NCBI RefSeq assembly: GCF_006345805.1
Contig: NC_043018.1
Coordinates: forward strand, 17,670,001 to 17,734,000
Reading direction: 5' to 3'
DNA: 64,000 bases
Source of the DNA: Octopus sinensis
Taxonomy: Eukaryota
This document shows positions 1 through 13,510 of the stretch, in pieces (within the stretch, counting starts at the first letter, position 1; each line of letters opens with the position of its first letter). The notes beneath the pieces are model-generated. The model was not told the origin of the DNA and did no database searches. It was given only the letters and a program-made list of their open reading frames with translations. The position numbers and the translations under genes are program-made.

Positions 1-1
1 T

Positions 2-180
2 GCACGGGCGTGCGAAGCCGAAAATGGCTGCCATTTAAGCGATATCATTTTTCATATCTGCTGTAGAGCTGTTGCAGAATTTGGCTCGTGTATATTAATT
101 TCCATTACGTCCTTTATATTGCATCAAACTTTCATGCATATATTTCTAAATTTATGCAAGTTATTAAAAATTGAAACCCG
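2..180 (+). mobile_element. 3' end of a Tc1/mariner-superfamily transposase remnant, cut by the window edge
   Basis: Frame from nt 2 reads ARACEAENGCHLSDIIFH, resembling the C-terminal CxxxxGxHLxDIIF motif of Tc1/mariner-like transposases. The right boundary is approximate. Confidence 0.4.
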
Positions 181-1012
181 TCAGTGACATTTAGGACAAA
201 TTGTATTACGCTTAAAGTATATGACTTTACGTGAAATCTTTTCGATCTGCGAGTAGTTGCCGGTATTTGTGTCTGATGTTACGTCGATGGAATTAGCAAA
301 GATTATATATTGAATATGACTGCTAATATTAGAAGGGGAGAACATGAATATGCGAATCATTTAGTTCTATATGTAAGTGAAAATGATGCTTCTGTCTGTT
401 CAGAGAAATGACGGCTAAAAATACTTAAACTATATTCCATACTTTGTGTGGTATGAAGCTGGAATAACATCGCTCTTGAATAATCATATGATTAGAAATT
501 TTAGTTGTGCTTTCAGTTTTGTTCGTCATTGTTGATATTTTATCAACGATATAGTGACGTTTTTTGAAGAATGGATATTTAATAACGCCTATTATTATTC
601 CAACATCGTTCCTATTGATGATATCTTTTTACCCCTCTCCAAAATAACCATCCATTAGAATAAATTTTAATATTTCCATATAAAATAGAATACAATTTGT
701 CAAAATCTTCATGGAGCCATATTTGAAAGACGAAAGTGAAGGTCACTCTTGTTTCATTGTCAGATTAACGAGCGAACACATCCCGTCATTCTGCCATTCG
801 ACTCAAACGTATAATCAAAATATGCAAATGCATTCAAAAATAACCCAAAATCTTCATACAGAGATGGCGTAAAAGAATGTTACCAACAAAGCAACATTTT
901 GAAGTGCGTATAAAGCTGCGGCTACAATAACAAAATATCAATTTCTCTTACATTACTTCCATTTTTATTCGGCTCTCACGTTAACCAATTTGAATTAGAA
1001 TCTACATATTTT

Positions 1013-1503
1013 AAGGCGGTAAGCTGGTAGAAACGTTAGCACGCCGGGCGAAATTCTTTGCGGTATTTCGTCTGCCGCTACGTTCTGAGTTCAAATTCCG
1101 CCGAGGTTGACTTTGCCCTTCATCCTTACGGGACCGATTAAATAAGTACCAGTTGCTCACTGAGTGGATATGATCAACTTAATCCGTTTGTCTGTCCTTG
1201 TTTGTCCTCTCTGTGTTTTTCTCCAAGTGGGTAGTAAAGAAATAGGTATTTCGTCTGCCGCTACGTTTTGAATTCAAATTCCGCCGAGGTCGACTTTGCC
1301 TTTCATCTTTTCGGGGTCGATTAAATAAGTACCAGTTATGCACTGGGGTCGATATAATCGACTTAATCCGTTTGTCCTCTCTGTGTTTAGCCCCTTGTGG
1401 GTAGTAAAGAAATAGGTATTTCGGCTGTTTACGTTCTGGGTTCAAAATCCGCCGTGGTCGACATGGCTTTTATCCTTTCTGTTGGCAATAAAGAAAAAGA
1501 AAC
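1013..1503 (+). mobile_element. tRNA-derived SINE family A, head-to-tail concatemer (one full unit plus two 5'-shortened units)
   Basis: Head AAGGCGGTAAGCTGGTAGAA, B-box GAGTTCAAATTCC, central GCCTTTCATCCTTTCGGGGTCGATAAA..AAGTACCAG domain (Meta/Sauria-SINE-like). Units span 1013-1244, 1245-1414 and 1415-~1503. Closely matches the monomer at 45924-46157. Confidence 0.9.
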
Positions 1504-2362
1504 ATTCACGTGTTTGCTCCAGCTCAGTCTTGCTTGTTGGCTAGCAGATGCTGGTTGATGACTGCTTCCTCCCTACTGCACAACGAGACACGTTACGGAC
1601 GTGGTACTTTCACCATTGTTAATAAATTCACGACGTTATTTAGAACTTTATCTGTATTTCGCCTAGAGTAGAAAAGAAAAAAATATAGATTGATTAAAAT
1701 ATGCAAATGTTTGTGATTCACTCTTCTTTTTCTTTTGTATTATTAAATTCTATTTTATTTTACATTTTCTGTTTGCTTTATATATAATTTAAATTCAGTT
1801 TTATATATTTCTTTGTAGTCATATATACAAAGATATACACACAAGAGCGCACAGAAACCCGTGTTAGTGTATACATTTAATATCGTTTGATATATGTATG
1901 TTTCTGCGAAGTAGATAACTGGAGAATTCCTAAGGTAGAATATAAATCTGTGAGAGTTAAACTCCAAAAGATAATTATTGGGTGAATGATGGAATTTGGA
2001 ATGTTTATTATTTGTCTGATTGCAAAACATGTTATGGAAAATCTTTCAGATTTTCTACCCCTACCCCCGCCCAATGTATACCTACCTAAATTATGAAACG
2101 TATTCCAAGCTCGTTAGAGAGTTTATTCCAATCCCAGTGACTTATTTTTAAACCTCGCCAACTTGTTCTCGAAAGGACAAGTTTGAGCAGCACAAAGATG
2201 GAGGGGATAAAATGAAAAAGGGTACTGAGGTCCTGGAAACAGTGTTCGTGAGGGGCAACGGTATAAAGAATTACACACACTCATGGTAAAGCTCCTAACT
2301 CTGAAGACTGACAAATGAGTTGAAATCTTATAATTAACAAATGCTGGACGAAATTTTTTTGA

Positions 2363-2748
2363 GGAAGCACTCCGTCGGTTACGACGACGAGGGTTCCGGT
2401 TGATCCGAATCAACGGAACAGCCTGCTCGTGAAATTAACGTGTAAGTGGCTGAGCACTCCACAGACACGTGCACCCTTAACGTAGTTCTCGGGGATATTC
2501 AGCGTGACACAGAGAGTGACAAGGCCGGCCCTTTGAAATACAGGTACAACAGAAACAGGAAGTAAGAGTGAGAGAAAGTTGTGGTGAAAGAGTACAGCAG
2601 GGATCACCACCACCATCCCCTGCCGGAGCCTCGTGGAGCTTTTAGGTGTTTTCGCTCAATAAACACTCACAACGCCCGGTCTGGGAATCGAAACCGCAAT
2701 CCTATGACCGCGAGTCCGCTGCCCTAACCACTGGGCCATTGCGCCTCC
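2363..2748 (-). mobile_element. tRNA-derived SINE family B, full length
   Basis: Minus strand starts GGAGGCGCAATGGCCCAGTGGTTAG (A-box) and contains GGTTTCGATTCCC (B-box). Near-identical to the copy at 52180-52564 in opposite orientation. Confidence 0.92.
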
Positions 2749-3199
2749 ACGAACATTCTAGTTAAGTTCAGAGTGTATTTATCGAATTTCATGAGAATGA
2801 ATATGCATCTTCTTGCAATAAGGCAAATGCAATATTTTGTGAAAAAATGGACAGATAAATAAAAACAAACTGGAAACATCTTCTTGAATAAGATATTTAA
2901 GAATTGCAGAATATTAAGAAGCACAGTATACTAAAGTGTGCGTTAGATAACCATAGTGATGGGGAAGAACTATAGGAATATCGATCTTCATGTTTGTTTG
3001 GTTTTTTTTTTGTAAAACATGATGAAATATAATGGAAAAATAAAGAATGTTGCCGTTTAAGAACAATTTCCATAAATGCGCCCTAAATGAAAACGGAGAG
3101 ATTTCTTTATGAATATCGCAGTTTGTGTTATCCGTGAAATAATATTAATACACATGCACGCGTATGCAGAGTGTGTGTCGAATGTGAGTTTGTGTTTCT

Positions 3200-3491
3200 G
3201 TGAGTATAGTTGTGTTTGTGTGTGTGTGAAAGCATGTGTGTACGTGCATGTATGTGTATGCATGCCGGCGTATGTGTAGGTGTGTGTGTGTGTGTGTGTG
3301 AGTGTGCTAATCACTTATGGAAATAGTGTATAATCTTATACTGTCGACCAGAATCGAACTGGATGATCTAATTTAGTTATGCAAGACCACGCATACACAC
3401 ACACATACACACACATATATATCTCACCTGGATATATATATATATGTGTGTGTGTGTGTGTTGTGTGTGTGTGTATGGATGTATATATATG

Positions 3492-3528
<37 letters not shown>

Positions 3529-3561
3529 ATGGATGTATATATATGTATATATATACATATA

Positions 3562-3635
<74 letters not shown>

Positions 3636-3720
3636 TTATATACTTGTGTGTGAAAGAATGTGTTTGCGTGTGTGAGTGTGTGTCCGTGTGTGTGTGCACC
3701 TATAGTGTGTATCTGTGAAT
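3200..3720. repeat. Compound (TG)n/(TA)n microsatellite
   Basis: Directly visible dinucleotide arrays; they explain the YI/CV-repeat ORFs. Confidence 0.95.
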
Positions 3721-4074
3721 GTTAGTTTGTCAGGTGCGGCTTACTCCGAAAATAACACCTTCCGTACTAAATTCTTTATTACTCCCCATTCGAGATGGTG
3801 TTTTCCATTAAACATAGTTCTATTCATACTTCGTCAATCGGTTTGAATTTAATTCTCTTTTTTTATTTTATTTTCGTAAACACGAACTATCGTTCCAGAA
3901 TGTATTTAAATTACGTTTCCATTCCTTTCTATGACTTTCACTCACATCTCCCACAGGAACACAAACATTTTCGCGGTTCATTATCTTTATAGAAGCGAAA
4001 ATATAATGTAAATTTTTACCATCAATTTTGCATGGAGAAATATATTCCGGTTTCAACATACAATTAATAATAAA

Positions 4075-4600
<526 letters not shown>

Positions 4601-4849
4601 CATAGTTGCATCATATCCCTTTGGTAGTATCTTTTAACCACCAAGCGTCGAGGTCCATCTCTTGACACTGCCAAGCGGATGTTAACATAAAGCTGATGAT
4701 CAGTGGTGTCCTTGTTCAGCAGTGAGAAAAAACGGACGAACTATGGGTACACATACAGACAGACAGACTGACCGCAATCTGGGTGGTGTATAAAGAATGA
4801 AGATGGTATGCTGTAGTTGTATGTATGCCGTGTGGACCAATAAACAGGA

Positions 4850-5300
4850 AGAGAAGTAAAGAAAATCGACACGAGATGAACAGAAGTGAGTTATTTATTC
4901 TAGCTGGTCCAGATTTCATAATGAAACTGGAAGATAGCTGTGGGATTGTTACAACACCCTCCAAACCGCCAAAAACTCGGGGTACTGAGGTCACTAAATA
5001 TTGGTTTGATTGAAGAAGTTTTAGCGTGATGTGGGTATTCCCGAAAGTGACCAGCCAACCGGGGTCCAGTCGCTTCTAGTAAACACAGATTTCGTACAGA
5101 GCAGTAAATGACAGTTCTACTGTAGTAGTTATGAAAAGCGCATCCTGATTTGTGCAGGGCCGTTATGTTTTTAAATATCAAGGGTTCCCGCTTGAATGAG
5201 AGCAGACAAAACATGTCGAATGGTGGACCAGTTGCGTGCCAAGACCAAAAGTGTGCTCCTCATTTTGGAGAGAGATAGAGAGAGGGGTGGAGGAAGTGAG
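4850..5300 (-). mobile_element. Decayed Penelope-like element, GIY-YIG endonuclease / C-terminal region
   Basis: Minus-strand translation TVIYCSVRNLCLLEATGPRLAGHFREY resembles PLE NVIYCIxCxxC..YIGETGRRLxDRFREH. Downstream PARINNSLLF resembles the terminal PxGIN motif. Frameshifted. Confidence 0.5.
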
Positions 5301-5527
5301 TGTTGGAAGTAACCGGCTCAGATTAGGGGTGACGAATGATTTGAAGGATGGTGGACAGGAGAGGTGTGCTGGTTTCATAGAAGGCTGGAAAACGACCATT
5401 TAATGTATGTTTAGTTATGTCTTTGATAGAGGTTCGCGGTAAGGAGTGACTTCGTAACATTAGTACATCATAGGAAAACAGTTAGTGTTGTTTATGTGAA
5501 CTTCATCTTTGTTTAATCTCCTCAGGT

Positions 5528-5932
5528 AGGCGCAGGAGTGGCTGTGTGGTAAGTAGCTTTCCTAACAACCACATGGTTCCGGGTTCAGTCCCACTCCGTG
5601 GCATCTTGGGCAAGTGTCTTCTGCTATAGCCTCGGGCCGACCAATGCCTTCTGAGTGGATTTGGTAGACGGAAACTGAAAGAAGCCTGTGGTATATATGT
5701 ATATATACATATGTATGTGTGTATATATGTTTGTGTGTCTGTGTTTGTCCCTCTAGCATTGCTTGACAACCGATGCTGGTGCGTTTACGTCCCCGTCACT
5801 TAGCGGTTCGGGAGAAGAGACCGATAGAATAAGTACTGGGCTTACAAAGAATAAGTCCCGGGGTCGATTTGCTCGACTAAAGGCGGTGCTCCAGCATGGC
5901 CGCAGACAAATGATTGAAACAAGGAAAAGAGT
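5528..5932 (+). mobile_element. tRNA-derived SINE family C (CORE-like, with internal TA/TG microsatellite)
   Basis: A-box GTGGCTGTGTGG, B-box GGGTTCAGTCCC, CORE-like CTTGGGCAAGTG, and 3' end GGCGGTGCTCCAGCATGGCC..TGAAACAAG. Partial copies at 13410-13461 (+), 34735-34968 (-), 47222-47336 (-) and ~54680-54760 (-). Confidence 0.88.
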
Positions 5933-7574
5933 ATTAACCATTTGGGGGTTTCTTTTGTTTCTATACTCATATGCATGAAATGTTGCAATTACGTTTTTAT
6001 TTATTTAAAATTCATTTCTCTGCATCTTTAAATCTCTTTCCTAATTTTCTGTTATTCCTCCAATATGAATTTATGACTCGCTCCCTGTTTCCATGTTTGT
6101 AACTTTCTAAGTCAGCTTACCGTAGGCATTTGCCAGCTTAGAATATAAATCAACTAATTTCCAAGTTCTCTTCAACCATTTAATCTCTTTCGACTTTGAT
6201 GATTAATAAACATCTTCCTTGCCATATTTGTGTAGCGCCTTTTAAATGCCATCAATATATCTATTGATTTTCTTGCTAATTATCGCTCTGTTATCTTACC
6301 GTCGACAAAATAGGAACTACAAATTATTATTAAAAGAGCTCTTCATGTTTGGAAAATAATACAAATTTAAATAATGCTCAATTCGTATCTAATAATTGCT
6401 TCCACGTGTAGCGGGTGGCGCACACAGGATTTTGACTTCCAAAACAATACCGCTTTCCGTCTTAATTCATTGTGCAAAATTAGAATATCAATACCTGAAA
6501 TGTAATGTTTCGTCAATGGATATCACTTCCGCCATGTTGACTTCGAATGCCGCTGTGCTGTGCATCTCCATTCAATATTCTCAATGTTTAAGAGATCAGC
6601 AACCATTAGAAAACACGCTATTTGCTAATCTGTATAAATACGCGTCAGCGGTGTTGTTCGCTTCACTGGTCAGGTGAGGTAGGTTTGACTCAGGAGACGC
6701 ACAACGAAGCTGAAACATCGTAATGTCTCACAGTCCCCTTACACTGGTAAATCACGTGATTTATGAGGACACACATGGTCCAAAATGAGGAGGTATTATC
6801 TGATGACAGAAAACAAGAGCAACCAGGTATTCCCTTCGAATGTGCCGGAATGAATCAAGAAAAAATATATACATTATATATTAGTAATTTCTCAATCTGT
6901 TTCTGAGGCAAACCATCGTCTTTTTGGAGCTGATCGATTTTGGCCTTTTTTGTCAACGCGTTGTCATTGACATTATTATCAATGGTTTGAGGGATACATT
7001 TTCTATTTCATCTTTTGCAACAAGAATTAGTCACACCCTACATAAATATATATTTGTTCAAGTTTGATACGAATATTAATGGATGAAAATATGTGCATGA
7101 TTAATAAGAGTATTATTGGCTAAGGGGAAATATTCAATTTTAAGCATTTCTAGAATTATTTGTGATGATTAATATGGTGTTCATCGTTAACGGAAATTCC
7201 GAGCCTAAAGAAGATATGATTAGGATTAATAAAGTTACAAAGATATAAGAAACTCTACCTACTAACGTTCCATCAAAGTGTCTGACGATGCTATGGCTAC
7301 TTTATGTAATCTTCCAATGTCTAATCTTAGATATAATTTAGCAATGGCTCAGTATAAATGACTCTATATCAATGCGGAAGGCTTTTTTATTTCAAATACC
7401 AAGTCATTTAAATTAATTCCTTCTTAGGTTATTTGTATTAATCCTTCAGTATTTGTCGTTGTTATATTCGGAATTACGATGCTATTTTTATGATTTGGTA
7501 CTTTTTATGATGTAGACACAACATTTCAATGCAATGATCTATGTGGGTGCTAAAGTTCTATGCTTTTATTTTAA

Positions 7575-7690
7575 ATATTGGTCTAAAATTTTATAAACAA
7601 GTCAGCAATTTCGGAGAGGGTGTGCGTCGATTAAATCGACCCGGAAAGTTCCACTGGTATTTATTTTATCGACCTCGAAAGGATGAAAGA
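7575..7690 (-). mobile_element. Old SINE family A-related fragment
   Basis: CTGGTATTTATTTTATCGACCTCGAAAGGATGAAAG is the reverse complement of the family A central domain. Confidence 0.7.
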
Positions 7691-8259
7691 TTTGATTAGT
7701 ATGTTTATTGTCTTTTTTTGGTTCATTTCCTGTACTCGTGGTCGCCCCAGTTTTTCTTCATTCTTTTCTTTCTTCTTTCTGCCATATAGTATCTCTCTCT
7801 GATGGGAATTGGTTTGGTAATATCAATTCATTTCCTTTTACGAAGTCATGTTTATTTCTGTCTAGTATCTAGTATCGATTTGGTATATATTTTAATGTGA
7901 ATTTTATTTCCATAGCTTGTTCTATTTCAATTATCTTTGGATAAAATATGATATATCATATCCGATGTACGAGAAGCGCCGATTTCATTTCTTCACACCC
8001 TACGGAAACAACGTGCAGTAGAGAAGTGTTTCGTCAATGGTATTTCTATCTGATTCTGCATTAAATCTCTGATATCGTTGTCTCACTTGATACCATTGAT
8101 TCTTTGCTATGAAATATATCTATTACCTTCAACGAAATAACAATAACGAAGAGGAAAAGTAATTCTCTAAATATACAGAAGCAATTTTTGTTGAAATATT
8201 TCCGCGTATCTGTAAAGAAAATATTCCATTAGGTTCGATGAAATCTCAATGAACAAAAA

Positions 8260-8345
8260 CATAAAACGCATTTTGTAAAATAAAAGGAACAGTTTTGGTT
8301 GATCTCACTGCGGCTTATGATACGATAATTCTCATCTGGTTTTGA
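8260..8345 (+). mobile_element. Short non-LTR retrotransposon RT remnant
   Basis: Translates KGTVLVDLTAAYDTI, matching the RT motif xxDLxxAYDxV. No other RT motifs recognised nearby. Confidence 0.5.
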
Positions 8346-8772
8346 TTAAAATACATAAAAATTATTTCAATAAGTATATCTTTGTTTTGTCTCCTACAGA
8401 TTTGCTATTTTTCTTTATTCACACACGGTAGTGTAAATATTATTTCATTTACAGATGTTGCTTACTTGTGTATACAAACCATTGCTTCTGAAGGCTTCCA
8501 CCAAATGCGCAAATATTGAATGCTGTAAATGGCATTATGCTTATATGTACAAGGATACGCTAAGGAATTTATGTATGTATACCAATGTTATGCACCACCT
8601 TTCTTTCCCCACATCATTGTAAGTACCATTCATTATACTAATTACAATAAAGTGCTGCATCTTGACATCACATTTTCGAAATTATATATATATAATCTAT
8701 TCTTTTATCTTTTAGACTTCGACCATGCCACAAATATATAATAAATGTATATGTATGTTCGTATGTATGTAC

Positions 8773-8838
<66 letters not shown>

Positions 8839-8904
8839 GTGTGTGTATATATATATATATATGTATGTGTGTATATATATATATATATATGCTTTTGCCA
8901 CCAC

Positions 8905-9205
8905 AACATCCATTAGGTTTAGCAGCCCTTCCTGTTTGTTTTCACTGCTCGTTTGTGTTACCAATTTTGAACCTCCGCAAAATCCCAAATTTTATTTAAT
9001 TTGCTTTGCCTGAGCAACTGTTTTTTCGAAAGCGTATATTGTTGTTAAAAGCTCGAAATACGAGACTAGATAAACAGCCAACAACTCATGAGGGGTCGTT
9101 CTTTATATTGTTTGTCTTGTTTTCCATTTATGTCTTTCGTAGTTCGAGAAAGTAGTCCTACTTCGTACTTTTTGTTGTACACGTTTCGTGTCGTTCTGTA
9201 CACAC
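8905..9205 (+). repeat. Dispersed repeat of unknown class (possibly a PLE terminal region)
   Basis: Colinear with the reverse complement of 49668-49975 (shared CCTCC.CAAAATCC.AAATTTTAT.TAATTTGCTTTGC, and GTACACGTTTCGTG). A shorter relative lies at 47440-47562 (-). Confidence 0.75.
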
Positions 9206-9304
9206 ATATGCATGTATATATACGTATAGATGTATCTATACGTATATTATATATATATATGAATAAATGAAAGAATGGAGTCGAACGAAGATGTTAACAA
9301 AATT

Positions 9305-9397
9305 CCTTTACTCTCGACATATATTTCGAAGACAACATGGTTTCATTCCAAAGGAATAAATGGTGCATTATGCAATCTTCTCATCAGGAAAGAAAGG
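9305..9397 (-). ncRNA. Type I hammerhead ribozyme motif in the PLE pseudo-LTR (core intact)
   Basis: Minus strand: CCTTTCTTTC-CTGATGA-GAAGA-(43 nt)-TCTTC-GAAA-TATATG-TC/GAGAGTAAAGG. Stem I, stem II, the core boxes and a GUC cleavage triplet are all present. Confidence 0.8.
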
Positions 9398-9667
9398 GAG
9401 CCTCTCTCGACAATAAGACAAACAAAAATTTCGATGACTGTCTACATGGTAAACAAAGCGATAATGAGTGTTTTTAAAAACTGTTAGAATAATTGACGTC
9501 AAAGATAGATAGTAGGAAGAGAAGGGTTAAAGGAATGATAGGTACGGAACAAGTGGAGAGGGAAGGGTACGTTGATTGAAAGAATGTTTGATGGCTTAGG
9601 AAAGAATTTCGCTATTGAAGTGGAGTGCACGTTAAGCTAATTGTTCAAACCACAGTGACTATCGTTA

Positions 9668-10039
9668 TCATTTATATGAGTAGAAAGTATATTTCTGCCA
9701 GTGTTTACATTTGTATGATTTTTCTATGAGTGTGTTTAAAAGGAGAGCCTTAGAGAAGAGAATATGGAAGAGTTCAGAGTTGCAAATGTTACAAAATCTC
9801 CTGCCCTTATCAAAAGGAAAGGATACAGACAGTATGAACGAATATAACTTGAAATTTATATTGTTGTCTTTAAGAGGCCAAACTAATTTACTTAGCCCTG
9901 TACTATGTCGTTTTTTACTATCCCTGAATGTTGAATAAGGGTTTGAAATTCTCTTGGATAACTGGGAAGTGGACGCTCCTATATAGAAAAAGACATCGGT
10001 ACCGGAAGAAATTCTACACTGGTAAATAGAATTCTTAAT
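9668..10039 (-). pseudogene. PLE GIY-YIG endonuclease C-terminal domain, uninterrupted frame of 123 aa plus stop, no start codon (absent from ORF track)
   Basis: Manual translation: IKNSIYQCRISSGTDVFFYIGASTSQLSKRISNPYSTFRDSKKRHSTGLSKLVWPLKDNNINFKLYSFILSVSFPFDKGRRFCNICNSELFHILFSKALLLNTLIEKSYKCKHWQKYTFYSYK*. Contains IY..YIG, TxLSKxxWxLKD, CxxCxxE, LN and CKH motifs. Confidence 0.9.
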
Positions 10040-10267
10040 CTTAGAATTACTTAATCTTAGAATTACTAGCCTTCGAACATTCTTTCAACCAACGTAACCT
10101 TCCCTCTCCACTTGTTCCCTACCTATTATTCTTTTAACTCTTCTCTTCCTACTATCTATCTTTGACGTCAATTCTTCTAACGGTTTTTTAAAAACACTCA
10201 TTATCGTGTTGTTTACCATGTAGGCAGTCATCGAAATTTTTGTTTGTCTTGTTGTCGAGAGAGGCTC

Positions 10268-10360
10268 CCTTTCTTTCCTGATGAGAAGATTGCATAATGC
10301 ACCCTTTATTCCTTTGGAATGAAACCATGTTGTCTTCTAAACATATGTCGAGAGTAAAGG
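10268..10360 (+). ncRNA. Second copy of the same hammerhead, G12 mutated (TAAA), probably inactive
   Basis: CCTTTCTTTC-CTGATGA-GAAGA...TCTTC-TAAA-CATATG-TC-GAGAGTAAAGG. Helix III is the palindrome ACATATGT. Confidence 0.7.
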
Positions 10361-10812
10361 ACTTTTGTTAACATCTTCGTTCGACTCCATTCTTTCATTT
10401 ATTCATATACAACACACAAATTTCTGCACATGAACCCGGAGTTTCTACCCTTGGACAGGTCGCTTCAACCGTGTTTCTGATGTGAATTTGCTACCCTAGT
10501 TTCGATTCAACGAATTTTCCATGCTGACGATAAACATAGGATAATTCATTCACCTATTTAAATATATATATATATATATATATATGTACGAGCAAAACGG
10601 GCAAAACTAGTTGTCGAACATTTAAACCAAATTTTCGCAAAACAACCTGTCTGACCGTCCCATAGACCTCCCCTTTGTAAAACACTGATTTAACCTAAAT
10701 TTGAGACACCAGCAAAAGAAGAAAGAAAGATAGACGTTTTCTATTCCAAAGAAAAACGATTTCCCACGGCTTTAACAAAGCCACACACACACAGAATGGA
10801 TTTTATATAAGA

Positions 10813-10852
<40 letters not shown>

Positions 10853-11084
10853 GAAGAAGGAAGAACGGAAGAACGAAGAAAGAACGAAAAAAGAAAGAAG
10901 GGAAGAATGGAAGAATGAAAGATAAGAAAGAAAGAAAAGGTGGATGTCTGAGTTCGTCCATTCATAATAAGTGAAAACAATAAGTTCGACTGTAGAATAA
11001 CTTCTTCAAGGAGTATATCCATGCAGGGACACCGGAGTACATCTACGCAAGATGCGTCACCTCAGACTGTAAAAGAAGGTAACT

Positions 11085-11815
11085 AAATTGAGTAAAGCTA
11101 CACAGTCTGTGTGTTGCAAACTTCGGGCCTTCTACGATTGGTTTAAATTTAAGGTCGGTAGGATAGTGCATGTTTATACAAATTGAAGTTGGTTATTTCC
11201 ATGCATTCTTAATAGTTTGATTCTTATAGATTTTCCGAAGACCGTAGAAGTAGCTAGTCTTGCAATCAAAATGGCTTCGGTCGTCACATTCTTTGTTTGT
11301 TAAATGTTTTTGATGTCTGTGAATGAGTGTGTTTAGTTTAGTCATTGCCTCTGATTTTTGGTAATTATTTTTCCTTTTCGTAGTGGGCCATATTTTATAA
11401 TAGAGATAGTATGTCTTTTTTGTAGTATTCAATATCCTTGATAATTATTGCCCTTTCCTTATCTGTTCCTTAATTATAATGTCGTTATTGTTTGTCAGTT
11501 CACGTTATTGTTTGTCAGTTCAGTAATATCCCATTCCTGTCGACTAGGGAGTGGAAGCTTTTTACAAGGGAAGGTAGAAATAAAATCAGAAAATTTAACT
11601 AAAGCTTTTGTGGGCTTGTAATTGCGCTTTACAATCGAATTGTCCCTGGTTTGTTTATCGTACAATTCCTCTGTAAGGCGTAGGTTTCTACAGAACTGTG
11701 AAATATTCTGTATTAACTGGAATCAGGGTACTGGGTGTTGGGGGTAAATTTTAGACCTTTAGACAAAATATTAATTTCTGCTTCTGAGAAAGCATCTCTA
11801 TAGATTAGCTATCTT
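11085..11815 (-). mobile_element. Penelope-like element, N-terminal / early RT region, frameshifted
   Basis: Minus-strand motifs in the expected order: EINILSKGLKFTP, FCRNLRL, NNDIIIKE.DK, FYGLRKIYK (cf. FYGLPKIHK), DLKFKPIVEGP..ATHRLCS. Confidence 0.85.
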
Positions 11816-12351
11816 CGGTTTTTCATCTTCGGTTTGTACCACAAAAGCCTCACCTTTCCAACAAGTTATATTAAATATGGCTATGCGACTAATTGCATCC
11901 CACGAGATGGTATGGTACCAAATTCAGTACATATTCCTCGATGCTCTTCCGTGTGACACTTTGTTTATAGGAACCTCAACAAACCTGGTTACGTATGTAT
12001 TCCTCGTGATCATCCAGAAGGGGCTAATCCTGGGGAACTCTCAATACAGAAAATAATGGGTGTCACAGTGTCCAGAAAGACTCCAGATCTTTAATCTTTT
12101 TTATTTAACAAGCAAAAACATGAATGAGAAAAGAAATCTAAAAGCTGTATAGGTTCAGTAACGTTTATTACAGTTAATACATTACAACCAATATTACAAT
12201 GATAACAGCGGTTTTCTCTTTTCAATCTTTCTTTCATGGAATAGGATTTTTCAAAATATTTTTCGCCAATATTATATTTCGTTTTGGCTTTTCTTTTCAC
12301 ATTCATCAAAAATTCCTCTAAATTTTGAAACTTTTGTAAGCATATGCGTAC

Positions 12352-12751
<400 letters not shown>

Positions 12752-13247
12752 ACAAATTACATTTTGGATTTATGAAATTATTATGTTCATTATTCTGTAA
12801 TTTCATTCGCAATTTTTGCGCTCGAAATTTATAATTGTATCTTTCCGATTGCTATGCAGTATTCTGGTAAATGTCGGACAAGATAAAGATAGCAGAAGCT
12901 ATGAACCACTACGTATTTACATATATAACTTTTTTGACTAAATCAATTTCTAGTGCTACTTTTCTTTATAACACTGAATTACTTAATTTATCTTTCTTAA
13001 TGAGATCTACTGTCCTCTCTAATTTGCACTCATTTTAAATAGCAGCAATGACACACCGTTTGCCACTTTCAAACTCATTTTATTTCGTTATATTTGTTAT
13101 TAAATTTAATGATATAGTTTTCTTGATTTCTTGAAATTTATTGATTAAAAAATAACGTAATTTATTGTATTCTATATAGGTAGATATTTCTGCACACGTA
13201 TGCGTATACATAGATATGTATGAGTGTGTGCATGTATGCTTGTATCC

Positions 13248-13402
<155 letters not shown>

Positions 13403-13474
13403 TACATCTCAAGGTGGTGCCCCAGCATGGCTACAGTCTAATGACAGAAACAAGTAAAAGATATGCATATATAT

Positions 13475-13510
<36 letters not shown>

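Larger units (their letters stand above)
9256..10409 (-). mobile_element. 5'-truncated Penelope-like element with an inverted pseudo-LTR
   Basis: ~340-bp inverted arms at 9256-9596 and 10068-10409 enclose a GIY-YIG-coding segment. Each arm carries a hammerhead motif. This is the established architecture of truncated PLE copies. Confidence 0.88.

Noticed and set aside
2410-2616. 68-aa ORF repeated almost identically within 52261-52518
   Set aside because: Both lie inside SINE family B copies; the shared ORF reflects repeat identity, not a gene family.
4685-4750. CTGATGA-TCAGTG...CAGTGA-GAAA hammerhead-like string
   Set aside because: No helix III/NUH site or stem I follows GAAA, and it is on the strand opposite the adjacent PLE remnant; probably chance.
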